Assembly: GCA_026770705.1 (NCBI GenBank)
Contig: JANJGN010000009.1
Span: forward strand, 164,114,001-164,178,000
DNA from: Isurus oxyrinchus
Taxonomy: Eukaryota
DNA length: 64,000 bases
Direction of reading: 5' to 3'
The position numbers were made by a program, and so were the translations under genes. Below the pieces are notes generated by a model. That model ran no database searches. It was given only the letters and a program-made list of their open reading frames with translations, and was not told where the DNA came from. How positions within the stretch are numbered: position 1 is the stretch's first letter; each line of letters starts with the position of its first letter. This document shows positions 25,201 to 36,242 of the stretch, in pieces.

Positions 25201-28200
25201 CACAATGATCTAGACAGTGGAATTCCAAATGGCTTTCACCAGCTTCAGTTTCGTTAGACAGCAGGCTTATGCACAAATGCTGGAGGCTTCATTAAGGCTA
25301 CTTCAAACACATCTGTTAGGTCTCATATGGACTTCTCCTGACACATAGCCTCATTCTCCTTTATATATGTTTCCCTCTATTTAACATGTAAACCCTATTG
25401 TTTCAGATACCTTTGAAACTGTGTCTTCCTCACAATGTAAAAACTTTCATGTCGATACTATATATTGTCAGTAACCTTTGAGATAAAGAAACACATTCCT
25501 TCATCTTGCTTAGCTGCCTAATTGTAAAGAGACTAAAATACTTTTGAAATCCAAATCTCCCTTCATTTATCTAAAAAGGCAAATTCCCTTTACACTTTAC
25601 TTGCTAAACCAGTATCCATGTTTACTCATTAGCATGTCAAATACCTAGCTTCTTTTGTTGAGTTATATCATGCCATCTACCTGATTCCAAATGTAATTAA
25701 ATCTCACACAGACAGACCCAAACACTTACCCCCATAAACCGACTCCACAATAAAGCAGAAAATATTATGAAAATTATTATACTTTCATGACAGTAAATTC
25801 TCCATCAATTATTTCAAAAACATTGATCACAGATATTGTCAAGAAAAACTTGCATTGATGTTAAGGTCCACAGATTGAAACAAGGTGTTTTACAGATTCT
25901 ATGGGCAGAATCATCTGAGATTTGCACAAAATGCCGTAGTGAGTGGGAAAAAGGACATCCCGGGTGTGAAAAAACAGCACAGACCAAGACCCTGATTTCC
26001 CAGTTTTTACTGGTGTTCCATGTTAATGTATATGAGCCCCACTCAGGCCCGTATTCTTATTTCCCATTTTTTACTGTTTTTCCCTTCTGGGATATTATCC
26101 GCCGGCTGCAATGGCAGATTTTCACACCTTATTATCCTATTCCTGGCACGTCCCACCTCATTAATTATGCGTTCACTGGAAACACACCGGGTCGCTGGTA
26201 GGAAGGCCACTGACGCGCCACCCCACCATCACCTCAGGCCTTCATTTATCCAGACGCCCTATTTAAAGGCCGTTCCTGCAGAGAGATAGCTCTCTCTAAG
26301 GCATCAGAAACTGCTAGGAATTCATAGCTGCCAAAGGGAGGAAACATGTTGCATCCAAAATTTAGCACTGCCTCCCTCAGCCTACTGGGCACTGTGAGAG
26401 CTGCCGTGAAGTCCTCTACCCCAATTCTAGGCAAAGACCAACAAGCATGGCAACAAATCTAGCATGGGAGATGGTGGCAGCAGTGGTCAGTGCCAATGCA
26501 CTGCTAAAGAGGACGGCCACCCAGCGCTGAAAGAGGATGAATGGTCACCTTCTTTCTGCTAGGTTAAATCACTTTTCTCATCACTCACAACTCAAAAACC
26601 CATCACACATTCACTGGGATCTCACTCAATACCAGTTCAAAGGACATCACCATTCTCCCTCTCACACACACCTTCCTCTGCCCTGCCGATCCTGTCCTCA
26701 TCCATGGCACCACTTACCACCCACACGTGCCGGGTGCCCTCCTCATGTGACCTGGCAGGCACCCTGCTTACGCTCTCTCCATCTGTATTCCTGCAGAACA
26801 AGCTGGATGATGTCAGGGATCTGACACTTACTGAGAACATAGGAGTCACGGACACTCCCTTGGAATCGCGCGCAGACCCGTGGAAGCTCTTGCTGTTTGT
26901 TTAAATATTTCTTGCCATTCCATCTCATAATCATCTTTCCCCCTCTTTATTCGTTTTTTGGTCATCCGCTGCTGGTTCCTAAAAAATTCCTAATCCTCAA
27001 GCATACCATTAGTTTTCCCCCCTTTTTATACTTTAGTTGTTGATTGGATACTCTCCTTGACTGCCGTCGTTAACCATGGGTGGTTCATCCTTCTCATCAA
27101 GTCCTTCCTTTTGAGCGGGATAAATTTTTTCTGAGCGTTATGAAATACTTAAATGTCTGCCACTGCTCACCCACTGACCTTCCTGTTAGTCTATTCTCCC
27201 AGCCAACTCTTCCTTCATAACTCTGTAATTGGCCTTATTTAGGTTGAGGACACTGGTTTTAGAGACGAGCTGCTCACCCTCAAACAGAATTTCAAATTCT
27301 ACAATGTTGTGTGATCGCTATCCCCTAGAGGATCCCTAACTACACGATCTCTTATGAATCCTACCTCATTACGCATTGCTAGATGCAAAATAGCCTGTTC
27401 CCAAGTAGGTTATGCAACATATTGCTGAAAGAAACTATCCTTGGTACACTCTACAAATTTGTCTTCCAAGTTAGCCCTGCCTATCTGATTTCTCCAGTCA
27501 ATATGCAGATTAAAATAATCCATGACAATTGTAGAACCCTTCTTACATGCCTATATTATATCCCAGTTTATGCTTTGTCCTACAGTGAGCAAACTCTTTG
27601 GAGGCCCATAGATGAGTCCAACGCATGGCTCGTTCCCCTTACTAATTGTTATTTCTACCCAAACTGATTCCACATCACGATCTATGCCAGCTATATCACC
27701 ACCGCACTGATACCTTCATTTATTAACAAAGCTACCCCACCTCCTTCTCCTTTTTGCCATTTTTTCCGGATTGTCGAATACCCTTGAATATTGAATTCCC
27801 AGTCTTGGTCACCCTGCAACCATGTCTCTGTCATGGCTATCAAGTCATATCCATATATTTCTATTTGTGCCGTCAACTCATCTGCGTGCATTCAGATAAC
27901 ATGCCTTAAGCTTGGATTGTTTACCATTATTGCTCATTCTGGTTCTCATTTCTGCTGCACTCTTCTGCTCCTTGTCCTGCCGCTTCTCATCATACTTTGA
28001 TTACCATTCGCCTCTTCACTACCCAGCACTTCTGCTCTCTCATTTCCTTTAGATGTTTTAAACTTCCCTTCAATTGTCCCTGTTACTATGATCCCATGTA
28101 ACCCATCCATAATAGAAACATTCCATAGTTTAATCTAATCTTACAAAATAATCGATACAAGAAAAGGAAGCGAGGAAATGGAGGCAGAATCTAACAGAGC

Positions 28201-28638
28201 ACCAGGGATGATTGTTTTTCAACAAGAACACAAGGAGACGTAAAATTATACAGACTGCAACAGGAGACTGAGATACAGACCCAAGAGAATTGTTACTGGA
28301 AGCAGCAATTGCACTGTATAAAATATATTTAATAAAGTAGCCACAGCAATCAATTTCTACCCATAACACCAGTTGCAGGGGAACATTAGTTACCCATGAG
28401 AAAATGATGTTACATCTCTTCAAGAGGGGCACAACTGATAACTTTTCCCAGCACACATGCAATGGGTGAGGAGTGTGATGTTGCCACAGCTCCAGCTCAT
28501 CACAAGCTTTGCCTCGATTTGTTGGCATAGCCAGAATTCTGTTCACATGTAAAATAATGCATCGTTCTCAGTCTCAATTAATCTGGTGATTTTCTGTTCC
28601 AGACACTCAACGAATCAAATCCTCACAGCTTGACCTAA
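7176..28638 (+). CDS. Gene 1: CD300/TREM/pIgR-family (MDIR-like) activating-type Ig receptor, L-V-C2-C2-stalk-TM-short tail, ~418 aa; exons 7176-7212, 9072-9386, 15360-15689, 20612-20941, 23269-23386, 24732-24822, 28603-28638
   Basis: All introns are GT-AG with compatible phases (1,1,1,1,2,0). The joined CDS is 1257 nt and open. AATAAA at 28746. The model requires skipping the broken stalk exon at 18006. Confidence 0.82.
7322..7560 (+). mobile_element. tRNA-derived SINE, degenerate (copy at ~42739-42975)
   Basis: A-box-like GGCACAGTGG and B-box-like GTTTGAGTCC at tRNA-like spacing. The 3' end is approximate. Confidence 0.5.
9072..9386 (+). CDS. Gene 1 Ig V-set domain exon (CD300/pIgR-like)
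   Basis: TIECHY...KYWCRGWTRQC...DTGWYSCG: canonical B/F cysteines plus the extra Cx6C pair typical of CD300/TREM/pIgR V domains. Acceptor tcctcag, donor G|gtacat. Confidence 0.93.
10247..11830 (-). mobile_element. PIF/Harbinger internal fragment (3' exons of Myb/SANT-like gene); shorter copies at ~18148-19138 and ~51309-53435
   Basis: Colinear similarity to 30600-31940 of the TIR-bounded Harbinger element (MSQLLEL.RQ.REHQEG motif). Confidence 0.75.
10473..10690 (+). mobile_element. Tx1-clade LINE 3' fragment with 14-bp TSD (duplicated copy 18376-18594)
   Basis: Matches the ORF2 end and 3'UTR at 52480-52695. Flanked by ctacttctcctcaa / ctacatcttctcaa. Confidence 0.8.
11915..12360 (+). mobile_element. 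PIF/Harbinger 5' fragment with the start of the Myb/SANT-like ORF
   Basis: GKRTVAPRFSELSL...DVLY. Terminus resembles the reverse complement of 32700-32771. Confidence 0.55.
15360..15689 (+). CDS. Gene 1 Ig C2-type domain exon, copy a
   Basis: EPVSVPVL...SCESVQGSLPIQYTWY...YYCTASN. Acceptor ttccaacag, donor G|gtaagt, 330 nt, phase 1-1. Confidence 0.9.
16030..16475 (+). mobile_element. Old CR1 3' fragment (copies ~21280-21725, ~56735-57180)
   Basis: Degenerate 3' end including gatgggctgaa. Confidence 0.5.
16935..17440 (+). mobile_element. DeuSINE (SacSINE1/AmnSINE-like); copies ~22187-22690 and ~57640-58145
   Basis: Resembles the Deu-domain consensus as recalled (ctgaggtagtgct...gatgaggtgttaaactgagg...aaagtacttcat..gaagcactttggga). 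B-box-like gttcaagt upstream. Confidence 0.68.
18006..18051 (+). pseudogene. Truncated stalk exon (GPEYCYEACTTVSPT) broken at the internal duplication junction
   Basis: Acceptor ttgtttcaacag is intact and the first 46 nt match the exons at 23269/58718. The sequence then switches to intronic DNA found at ~51210. There is no native donor. Confidence 0.85.
18050..23314 (+). repeat. Intragenic duplication block (intron + C2 exon + intron) in gene 1
   Basis: Repeats ~10250-18051 with internal deletions. Its 5' end matches unit 2 from ~51210. Confidence 0.9.
20612..20941 (+). CDS. Gene 1 Ig C2-type domain exon, copy b
   Basis: Near-identical to 15360-15689 with intact splice sites, 330 nt, phase 1-1. 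Confidence 0.9.
23269..23386 (+). CDS. Gene 1 stalk exon (GPEYFCEDSATVSPTIHLTSTDIISTTSRSTPSDPENPES)
   Basis: Acceptor ttgtttcaacag, donor AG|gtacaa. Phase 1-2 fits the TM exon. Ser/Thr/Pro-rich. Confidence 0.85.
24200..24488. mobile_element. GC-rich MITE-like insert, Harbinger-type terminus (copy 59647-59936)
   Basis: Starts GGGTCTGAATTTTCC in the unit 2 copy, similar to the Harbinger TIR. Abrupt GC/CpG-rich block in an AT-rich intron. Confidence 0.45.
24732..24822 (+). CDS. Gene 1 transmembrane exon (YIIWDVIRWVLFTLLVICAVSGTWCTRKSK)
   Basis: Polypyrimidine acceptor ttttgctcag, hydrophobic helix followed by basic RKSK, donor AAG|gtgaga. Confidence 0.9.
24868..25792. mobile_element. Solo-LTR-like element just 3' of the TM exon (copy 60316-61240)
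   Basis: TGTTATGA...TCATGACA termini. Flanks gcaa / gtaa form a 4-bp TSD with one mismatch. Confidence 0.6.
25901..26790 (+). mobile_element. PIF/Harbinger fragment (Myb/SANT-like exon 1 and intron); copy at ~61350-62250
   Basis: Starts GGGCAGAAT like the TIR. Degenerate AWEMVAAVVSANALLKRTATQ..KRMN. Confidence 0.65.
26810..28040 (-). mobile_element. CR1 LINE fragment, endonuclease region (copy ~62260-63490)
   Basis: ADELTAQIEIYGYDLIAMTETWLQGDQDWEFNIQGY...GGGVALLI. Confidence 0.85.
28603..28638 (+). CDS. Gene 1 terminal coding exon (TLNESNPHSLT*)
   Basis: Acceptor ttttctgttccag in phase 0, TAA at 28636-28638, AATAAA ~110 nt downstream. Confidence 0.68.
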   Translation, partial: TLNESNPHSLT

Positions 28639-28745
28639 GAGGGAAAATGAAGATTCCGGGGTTACATCAACATTGATGGAATTTTTCATCCTGACAAAAT
28701 ATTCATTATTCGTCGAGCTTTGAATTTCTTTTAATAATTCTACAG

Positions 28746-28751
28746 AATAAA
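28746..28751 (+). terminator. Polyadenylation signal AATAAA of gene 1
   Basis: AATAAA shortly after the stop codon of the putative last exon. Confidence 0.55.
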
Positions 28752-28972
28752 AATTGATTTTCTCATCAAATAATTTTGACCATTAAATTAGTGGAGCAAT
28801 CAAAAAGCAAAATGATGGCTGCGAACTTCAAATTGTATATCGACATCTTGACAATAATTTCTCTGTTTGCTGCCTTAGTGTCTACACAACTTTATTTCTT
28901 GTTTTAAGACTATCAAATTCTTTAAGAAATAAGCAACTTGAAAGGTTCATTTATTGGAAACCAATCGCTTCA

Positions 28973-31900
28973 TATTATGATGCAGCTGAGCTAAATGCTG
29001 AGCGGTTCAAATCCAGGAGGGAAACTTGAACCAACTGTCATAACTAACTGTTGCAATTTGTATGATTGAAGATGTAGGCTTTAAATTCAGTAGTAATAAG
29101 ACGACTGAGTCTCAACAGGTTTTTATAAAACTAAATTAAACATTTATTAATACAAGAAAGATTGTGAGCACATGCATATGTTGACAAAATTACTACTATA
29201 ATGTCTACAAAAATCCCCTAATTAATCTGGCTCCAAGTTATACCTCCGTTAAGGCATCAGTAAAACACATGGATTTAAACAGACCCTGGGCAAAGCTCAC
29301 TCTGGACAGTCACATTCAAATTGAGTTTCTTTCAGCTCTGGGTCTTTGCAGACAGCGGCTTGAGGCGTACGGACTGGAGGATTTAGTTCTTAGAATCGCT
29401 CTCCTTTTTACCAACAGCCTTCTAATCCTTTTTACATATTATTCTCTTTGAATGCAATTTTCATTCTATCACTATTTCTTTTGAAATTTTAACTCTTCAA
29501 ATAATAAGACACTTTCATACGACCCACTTTATTAGTAATCCTTGGGAAAAATAAACAAACACACAGTTTCTGAGCTTCACCTGGTTAGGTGTAATATTTC
29601 ACACCATCTCTGAACCCAAGGTAGGGGAGTTAGTTTAAAGAAAAAATGCAAATTGCCCCCATATTTACCTAATTAACATTTCAAACCTACTCCTTTTCTA
29701 TACATCAAAGCCTCTAGACAAGCTGGCTTTAATCCAATTAGGACACACACACACACAGAGGGCAGGATTTTCCGAGCCCGCTGGCAGCAGGTGTAATAAG
29801 TGGCATGTGTGGATAATATGGTGTGAGCTGCTTCACAATGGCAGCATGAAGGCAGGTTGTGATCGTCCGCTCAGCCCACCTACAGCGGGTCGTGCTTCCC
29901 GCTATCGGTCAGCGGGGAGCTAATTGTTATACATCAGCATGTAATTAAAAGGCCATCCTGCCAGGCTCTTGGAACCCGGCCGTATCCTCTGTCCACGTTA
30001 GCAGGAAAGCACGCCGACGTGATTCACAACAGCACACAGGCAATTTGTACCTGGTGGCCTTGACTCTGGGGGAAATGGGGTGAGTGAGCAGCAGCGTTCT
30101 CCACAGCTTGCCTGTTGTTTACAGGCTTCAGGGATGCCTGACCCCGGATGTGACTGCTGAGAGGGGGGTGCCGGGGGGGGTAAGAGCTGGCCAGCCTCGT
30201 AGGTGAATGCTGAGGGCAAGGTGTCTAGTGGCAAGTGCTGGCTGCCTTGGAGGTGGATACTGAGGGGGAGATGTCCGGGGTCATGTGATGACCAACCTCA
30301 GAGGCGAATGGTGTCGGTGGCTCCATGCTCAGGACCATCTCAGATGCAGCCATGAAACCTTAGACGCATCTGGTGCTGTGCCCTCCTTCAGCAACTCAGC
30401 CCTTTCAGGAGCTGGTGCGCAGTATCACTGGTCACAGATGCTGGTGTGATGGGGGTCAGCCCCACCTTAAAGATGCTGAGAGCTCACAGAGAGAATGAGA
30501 GAACTCTGTGGGGCCTGCCCACTCCATTCTGGCAGCAATGCCCAGCACCGCCGAGGTGCAGGCATCAGTAATGTGTCCAGAGAGTGTGAGGCTGGACCAT
30601 CACTGTTATCTGAAGGTTGCACAGAGCACAGGGAAAAGGCCCTGGACTCATACACCTGCCCTTTATCTTTCACAGGAAGGTTTCACATCTGAGTGACAAG
30701 AACACTGCTCATCAGAACAAGGAGCCACAGGCAGGGTGACATTCTTCGGAGTTTACTGACAATAGTGAACAATATGTACATGTGACCAACACCCGTACCC
30801 AGGCTGTGCAACTACATTTCCCTAACTTTCCTAACCCTGCCACTACATCTTGCTGCTCCCCAGACATCCACAGCAGAGGTGGAGCTAACCCGCTGCATGT
30901 GACGCCCTGTCTGTGATGACACTGGTGGGCGTCCTCTGGAGGGCTGAGACTTGGTGGGCCCCGGCCTGCTTTCGGGGTCCTGCTGTGTGGTAGTGGCCCC
31001 CTCCTCGGCCTGGGGGGCTGGAGCTGCTGAGATCCTAGGAAGAGGGGAGTCGGGTTGGCCAGTCACTCCCAGAACCTCCTGAGTCGATGGCCCCGGAGTG
31101 TGTACCTGCTGCTCCTCCTCCCTATCGGTGTCTGAGTGCCCCAGGCTGACTCGGAGAGTGGAGGATGTAGCTGGAGTGAGATTGAGCTAATTGTAACCCC
31201 TCTCTCATACACACTGTTGGAGGCCAAATATAGCATCAGCGATGGAGTAAACCATGCACAGGAGTGACGTCCTGGGCCAAGGTCTCCATGGCAGCTGCCA
31301 TCCTGCCAGTGTTGACCTCAGTGTATTGCAGCACCGGAGTTATCACATCAGCCTGAAGATAGACAGACCCCTCCATCATGCCTTGCAATCTGAGGAGTGC
31401 AGCGGGCATCCCTTCCTGATGTTCCCGAGCTTGCCTTTGCAATTCCAGTAACTGTGACATGACCGAGCCCAGAGGCTGTCATCTGACTCGGACTCAGCAA
31501 CATTGTGGCCTCCAGCAGTCCTCTGAGGGGCAGGGGACCTGGGAAGTCCCTGCCTCCACCTGCTGTAGATCAAACAGTGCGATGTGCTCCCAGATTGTGA
31601 TCCTCAGGCTACTCTAAAGCTAGGTCCCACTGAGGTGTGAGTCTCTGCGCTGGCAGAGGCTGTGGGTGAGCTCTGTGACAGAACTTCAGGGAGAGTGCCT
31701 TCAGATTCCTCTTCAGAGGTTTCTTCAGGAGACCCTGGGTCATGGACTCTGTCGGCTGCTTCCCAGATGTGTCTGTGAAAGCAAGGGGAGATAATGAGTG
31801 CATGGCAGTGGCCTGTGATAAAGGACACATCACTCACAGCATGGTTATCTGATGGGTGTTGCACTGCTGGACCCTCACTTGATAGGGCAGTGCCAACCTT

Positions 31901-32850
31901 ACCATCAGCACAGGACTGGCCCCGATCAGCTGGATGGCTCTGCTTTCGAATTCTGTCAGAACTTTGATCTCCGGCATCCCTCCACCTGTCTCTGACCTTT
32001 CCCCCCTGTTGTGTGCCAGTTTGTCCTGTGTGGATATGGATGGGGACAGTGTGTCAGGATGCCTGCAGGAGACAGATGATAAGTATGCCTGTGTGGGTGG
32101 GGAGTGGTCCCGTGGACAGGGTGAGAACAATGAAGGTGTATGTGAACAGGTGAATGGTGACGTCCCTTGCACTGGCAGTGAGTGAGGGCCCTGTAGATGT
32201 GTGATGGGTTTGTGAGTGTGTGAGTTGGGTTTGTGAAAAGAGTGACTTACCCTGGAGGAACGGAGGAGATCATTCATCCTTTTGCGGTACTGGGTGACTG
32301 TCCTCCTCTGCAGGACGTTCACACTGACCACCGCTGCCTCCACCTCCCAAGCCGGGTTGGGTACTTTGCTGCCCACCCTGCGGTCAGAGCGTGGGGTAGA
32401 GGACATGCCGGTGCCCCTCCACGGCATCCAGCAGTCGCTTGAGGGACCCATCAATGAAGCAGGGGTCTGCAGTCTTTTTTCCCTCTGCTGGCCATGTCTC
32501 CCAGGCAGGGGTGGTGAGCTGGTGGCGATGAGCGCTTTGATGGTAGCTGCCTTTTAAAGATGGTGGCCAGCGTGATGTAACAGCGGGGTGATGGTGCGTG
32601 GGCGAATGAGAGCCCGCTTGCCATGGAAACGGTGTGTTTCACGGGGGTGAATAAATAATGAGCCGGGTTCGGGATGATATGGTGTGAAAACCCGTCATCT
32701 TCGTCGGCAGGTAGGACTCCATTTTACCCACCCGCTACCGCACTTAGTGCAATTCTGGGAAAATTCTGCCCACAGATACAGACACCACTAAAACTCTCAT
32801 TTAAAATAATTTCCAATAACATTATAAACATTAATATAATGCTTCACACT
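28973..32850. mobile_element. Related LTR-like element split by the Harbinger insertion
   Basis: 28973-29759 resembles 24868-25710, and the similarity resumes after 32771. Confidence 0.5.
29760..32771 (-). mobile_element. PIF/Harbinger DNA transposon, non-autonomous, with a degenerate intron-containing Myb/SANT-like gene (stop at 30812)
   Basis: TIRs GGGCAGGATTTTCC / GGAAAATTCTGCCC (13/14 match). AWEVEAAVVSVNVLQRRTVTQYRKRMNDLLRSSR|gtaagt...cacag|DKLAHNRGERSETGGG. No recognisable DDE transposase ORF. Confidence 0.82.
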
Positions 32851-33059
32851 TCAATAATATGTGTAACATGGGATGGAACCTTTATAACTGTAGAATGGGA
32901 GACCCACAGGTATAATAAAGAAGGTGTTTTCCTTTTAGAAACCTGATATGATCTTAATGTTATTATGTTATGATTTTTATCCATATTTTAGCAAATACAA
33001 TCTACACTTGTGAGGAATTCCCTGTTTCCTAATGACCACACGCGCAGTTTCAAGCACAA

Positions 33060-33380
33060 AGCCTGATTCCCTGTTTGACCACCTCCTCTCTTGCCCCCTC
33101 CATTGCCTCTGTGCTGTCAGACTGCCTGTCCAGCTGTTTGTCCAACAGCCAGTCCCAAATTACAACTGAACATTGTGAAGACTGAAGCCACTGTCTTTGT
33201 CCCCACTACAAACACTTTTCCTTATAGCCACTGATTCTATCCACCTCCCTGTCCAATTGAGTTTTCATCCAATGTTGTTCTTACCTACAAATTCGACTGT
33301 TCCAATACCATCCTAGTTGACCTTACATCTTCCACCCTGAACCAACTTAAGCTCATCAAAACCTTTGCTGCCAGTTTAAC
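33060..33380 (+). mobile_element. Old L2/CR1-like LINE fragment
   Basis: Degenerate QLNI.KTE and DCSNTIL..L motifs. Confidence 0.45.
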
Positions 33381-33444
33381 GATGAGTAAGGCTCTATATC
33401 AATGCAAGTTATTGTTCTTGTGCTCCACACTTCCCAGTAGGAAA

Positions 33445-33910
33445 TAACATGTTGGACCAGAAAGTGCAGGAGAGGTTTAGAGGAATGGTTCCAAGAAGAA
33501 GCAACTTCAGTTACGAAGATAAATTGGAGAGATTGGGACTGTTCTCCTTGGGGAGGAGAAGGCTAAGAGGAGATTTAATCGAGGTGTTCAGAATCATGAC
33601 GGGGCTGGATAGAGTAGAGAGGGAGAAACTGTTCCCGCTCGTAAAAGTGTCAAGAACAAGAGTGCACAGATTTAAAGAGATTTGCAACAGAAGCAACTGT
33701 GATGTGAGAAATGAACTTTTCCACATGAGTAGCTCGAGTTTGGAAAGCGCTGCCTAGAAGTGTGGTGGATACAAGTTTAATTGAGGCTTTCAACGCAGCA
33801 TTAGATTATTATTTGAAAAGAAACAATGTGCAAGGATACAGGGAAAAATCAGGAGAATGGCACAAAGTCATATTGCTCATTTGGAGAGCCGGTGCACACA
33901 CGATCGGCCA
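33445..33910 (+). mobile_element. CR1 LINE 3' fragment
   Basis: SYEDKLERLGLFSLGRRRLRGDLIEVFRIM. Confidence 0.88.
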
Positions 33911-34068
33911 GGTGGTCTCTACTGGATTCTACTGGACTCATCAGAAATCCAGTAGGGATTCCAGTTGCTTCAGCTAAATTGAGCTGGAACCACAGCACCT
34001 GTTCCCAATTGGACTAGGAGTCAGAGAGGGACAATGCAAGAACTGGGGCATAAACTCTCATTCAGTGG

Positions 34069-35896
34069 GTGGTGCAGTCTGAGGAGGGCCTGAGAAGGCT
34101 TCGAGAGAAAGGTGGGAAAGTGGGAGAAAGGGAGACAGAGACAGAAGCATCCATGACATTGTCCCCAGAGTTGGTCACTCTGGCAGAATCAGCATCAGCC
34201 TCAGGGAAGGAGGCAACTGTGGAGGAGACGGCAGTGGTGGAGGTGGAGGTGGCAGATACGGTACATGGCAGAGGAGGAGGTGGCGATAGCAGCGGAACTG
34301 AAGGTTGCAGTGAAGTTAGTGGAGAAGGATGAGGTGGAGGCAGTGACTGAGGAGGCTGAGGTGGAGGCAGTGACTGAGGAGGTTGTTGGAGGCTGAGGTG
34401 GAGGCAGTGAGTGAGGAGGCTGAGGTGGAGGTGGTGGCTGAGGAGGCTGAAGTGGAGGCAGTGACTGAGGAGGCTGAGGTGGAGGCAGTGACTGAGGAGG
34501 CTGAGGAAGAGGCAGTGACTGAGGAGGCTGAGGTGGAGGCAGTGACTGAGGAGGCTGAGGTGGAGGCAGTGACTGAGGAGGCTGAGGTGGAGGTGGTGAA
34601 TGAGGAGGCTGAGGTGGAGGTGGTGGTTGAGGAGGCTGAGGTGGAGGCAGTGACTGAGAAGGTTGAGGTGGAGGCAGTGACTGAGGAGGCTGTGGTGGAG
34701 GTGGTGGTTGAGGAGGCTGAGGTGGAGGCAGTGACTGAGGAGGCTGAGGTGGAGGCAGTGACTGAGGAGGTTGAGGTAGAGGTGGTGACTGAGGAGGCTG
34801 AGGTGGAGGCAGTGACTGAGGAGGCTGAGGTGGAGGCAGTGGCTGAGGAGGCTGAGGTGGAGGCAGTGACTGAGGAGGCTGAGGTGGAGGCAGTGACTGA
34901 GGAGGCTGAGGTGGAGGTGGTGCCTGAGGAGGCTGAGGTGGAGGCAGTGACTGAGGAGGCTGAGGTGGAGGTGGTTGCTGAGGAGGCTGAGGTGGAGGCA
35001 GTGACTGAGGAGGCTGAGGTGGAGGTGGTTGCCGAGGCGATGGAGGTAGTGAATGTGGGGGTGGAGGAGGAGACATCAGCAGCGGCAGCAGCAGAGACAG
35101 TGACTGAGGCTGAGGAGAGGGAGGCAGCGGCTGTGACAGTGACAGAGGGAGAAGCAGCGAAGGCGGCAGCAGCAAAGGCTGAGGCCACAGTGAGGGAGGC
35201 AGTGGAGAGGGAGCTGGAGGTGGGGCAGAGGCAGCGAGGAGACGGTACGAGACCAGGAGCAGCAACAAAACCTGCCTTGTGGTTTGTGAGGCTCAGGGCA
35301 ATGGCGACTGTGAGTTGATATCTTCCATGTGCCATGTGTGTGTCTCCGAGTCAGCGCACCGGACCACACTGCTTCTGCCCGATTAGGGCGCTTCAGTGGA
35401 GTCCGACACCAGTCCAGTGCCACCCAGCTCCCATTCCCGAGGACAGGTGATGGAACCTGCCCAGTGCCAGGATGAGCTGCTTGGTAAGATCGGGAGGTGG
35501 GAAGTAGAGAAGGCAGCCGACCAGGAAAAGCTGGAGGATATCTCCAGGATTACTTACTGTCTCCAAGAAGAAACTCTTGTAGCCTTCAGGCAGGGTATAT
35601 ATATGTTTATATAGCTGCAATTTAAAGTTACCTGCCACATCCCTTTTAACACTTTCTAATGCAGCATCGCTCTGATCAGAATCAGATTTATTGGGGTTGT
35701 GCACATGTCTCCCCAGCCTCTGATATAACAATAAAAAGCTGCTTTTTCCTTTCCAGTTGCAGTAAGAGGACTGTCCCAGCCTCTCAATGTGACAGGGCAG
35801 CCCAGGACTATGTCTCTCAGTGCAACACCCAGGAACACACACAGTGCAGCCCCCACATTGATTGTTCCAGTTGTGCGGGGAAAGCGTGCGTGTGGA
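34069..35896 (+). pseudogene. Putative spliced Glu-rich gene or relic of unknown identity; exons ?-35309, 35387-35594, 35757-35896
   Basis: GT-AG introns 35310-35386 and 35595-35756 join in frame, followed by donor GGA|gtaagt. Two frameshifts lie upstream (~34263, ~34385). Confidence 0.4.
34330..35037 (+). repeat. 27-bp minisatellite GAGGAGGCTGAGGTGGAGGCAGTGACT, ~26 units (EEAEVEAVT)
   Basis: Directly visible repeat; ORF 34383-35318. Confidence 0.95.
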
Positions 35897-36242
35897 GTAA
35901 GTGTACAATTGGGAAGATATTGATTCTCACAACATTTCCACGGCTTTAAATCAAATTGAGTTCTGTTGAAGGGTCATGAGGACTCGAAACTTCAACTTTG
36001 CTCTTCACCGCCGAGGCTGACAGACCTGCTGAGTTTTTCCACTTATTTCTGTTTTTGTTTTATTCTGAATGTTTTGTCTGGAGTCAATTACAAGCAGCGT
36101 AGACAATGTCTGTGTTTTAATTGTGTCTGGCTGTCCTCGTTTTTTACAAGAAAATTTGCCAGGCTTTTACTCAACTTTTATTCTGAGTGTTTTTTCTGAG
36201 TTTATGGAGATATAACCTCATATTCTGCTGAAATGCACTTTA

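Larger units (their letters stand above)
1..35477. repeat. Tandem segmental duplication unit 1 (~35.4 kb; the window start is arbitrary within the unit)
   Basis: Sequence at 1 (tgcttggtaagatcgggagg) recurs at 35478. Paired near-identical ORFs occur throughout, e.g. 490/35966, 24724/60172, 28130/63582. Confidence 0.95.

Noticed and set aside
7176-28638. Assigning the symbol PIGR or a specific CD300 gene
   Set aside because: The single V plus C2 architecture and short tail do not match. Orthology cannot be established by eye.
34201-35335. Minus-strand Pro/Gln-rich (extensin-like) and Ser/Thr/Ala-rich (mucin-like) ORFs
   Set aside because: These are alternative readings of the 27-bp minisatellite. 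There is no supporting splice structure on minus, and the flanks favour the + frame.
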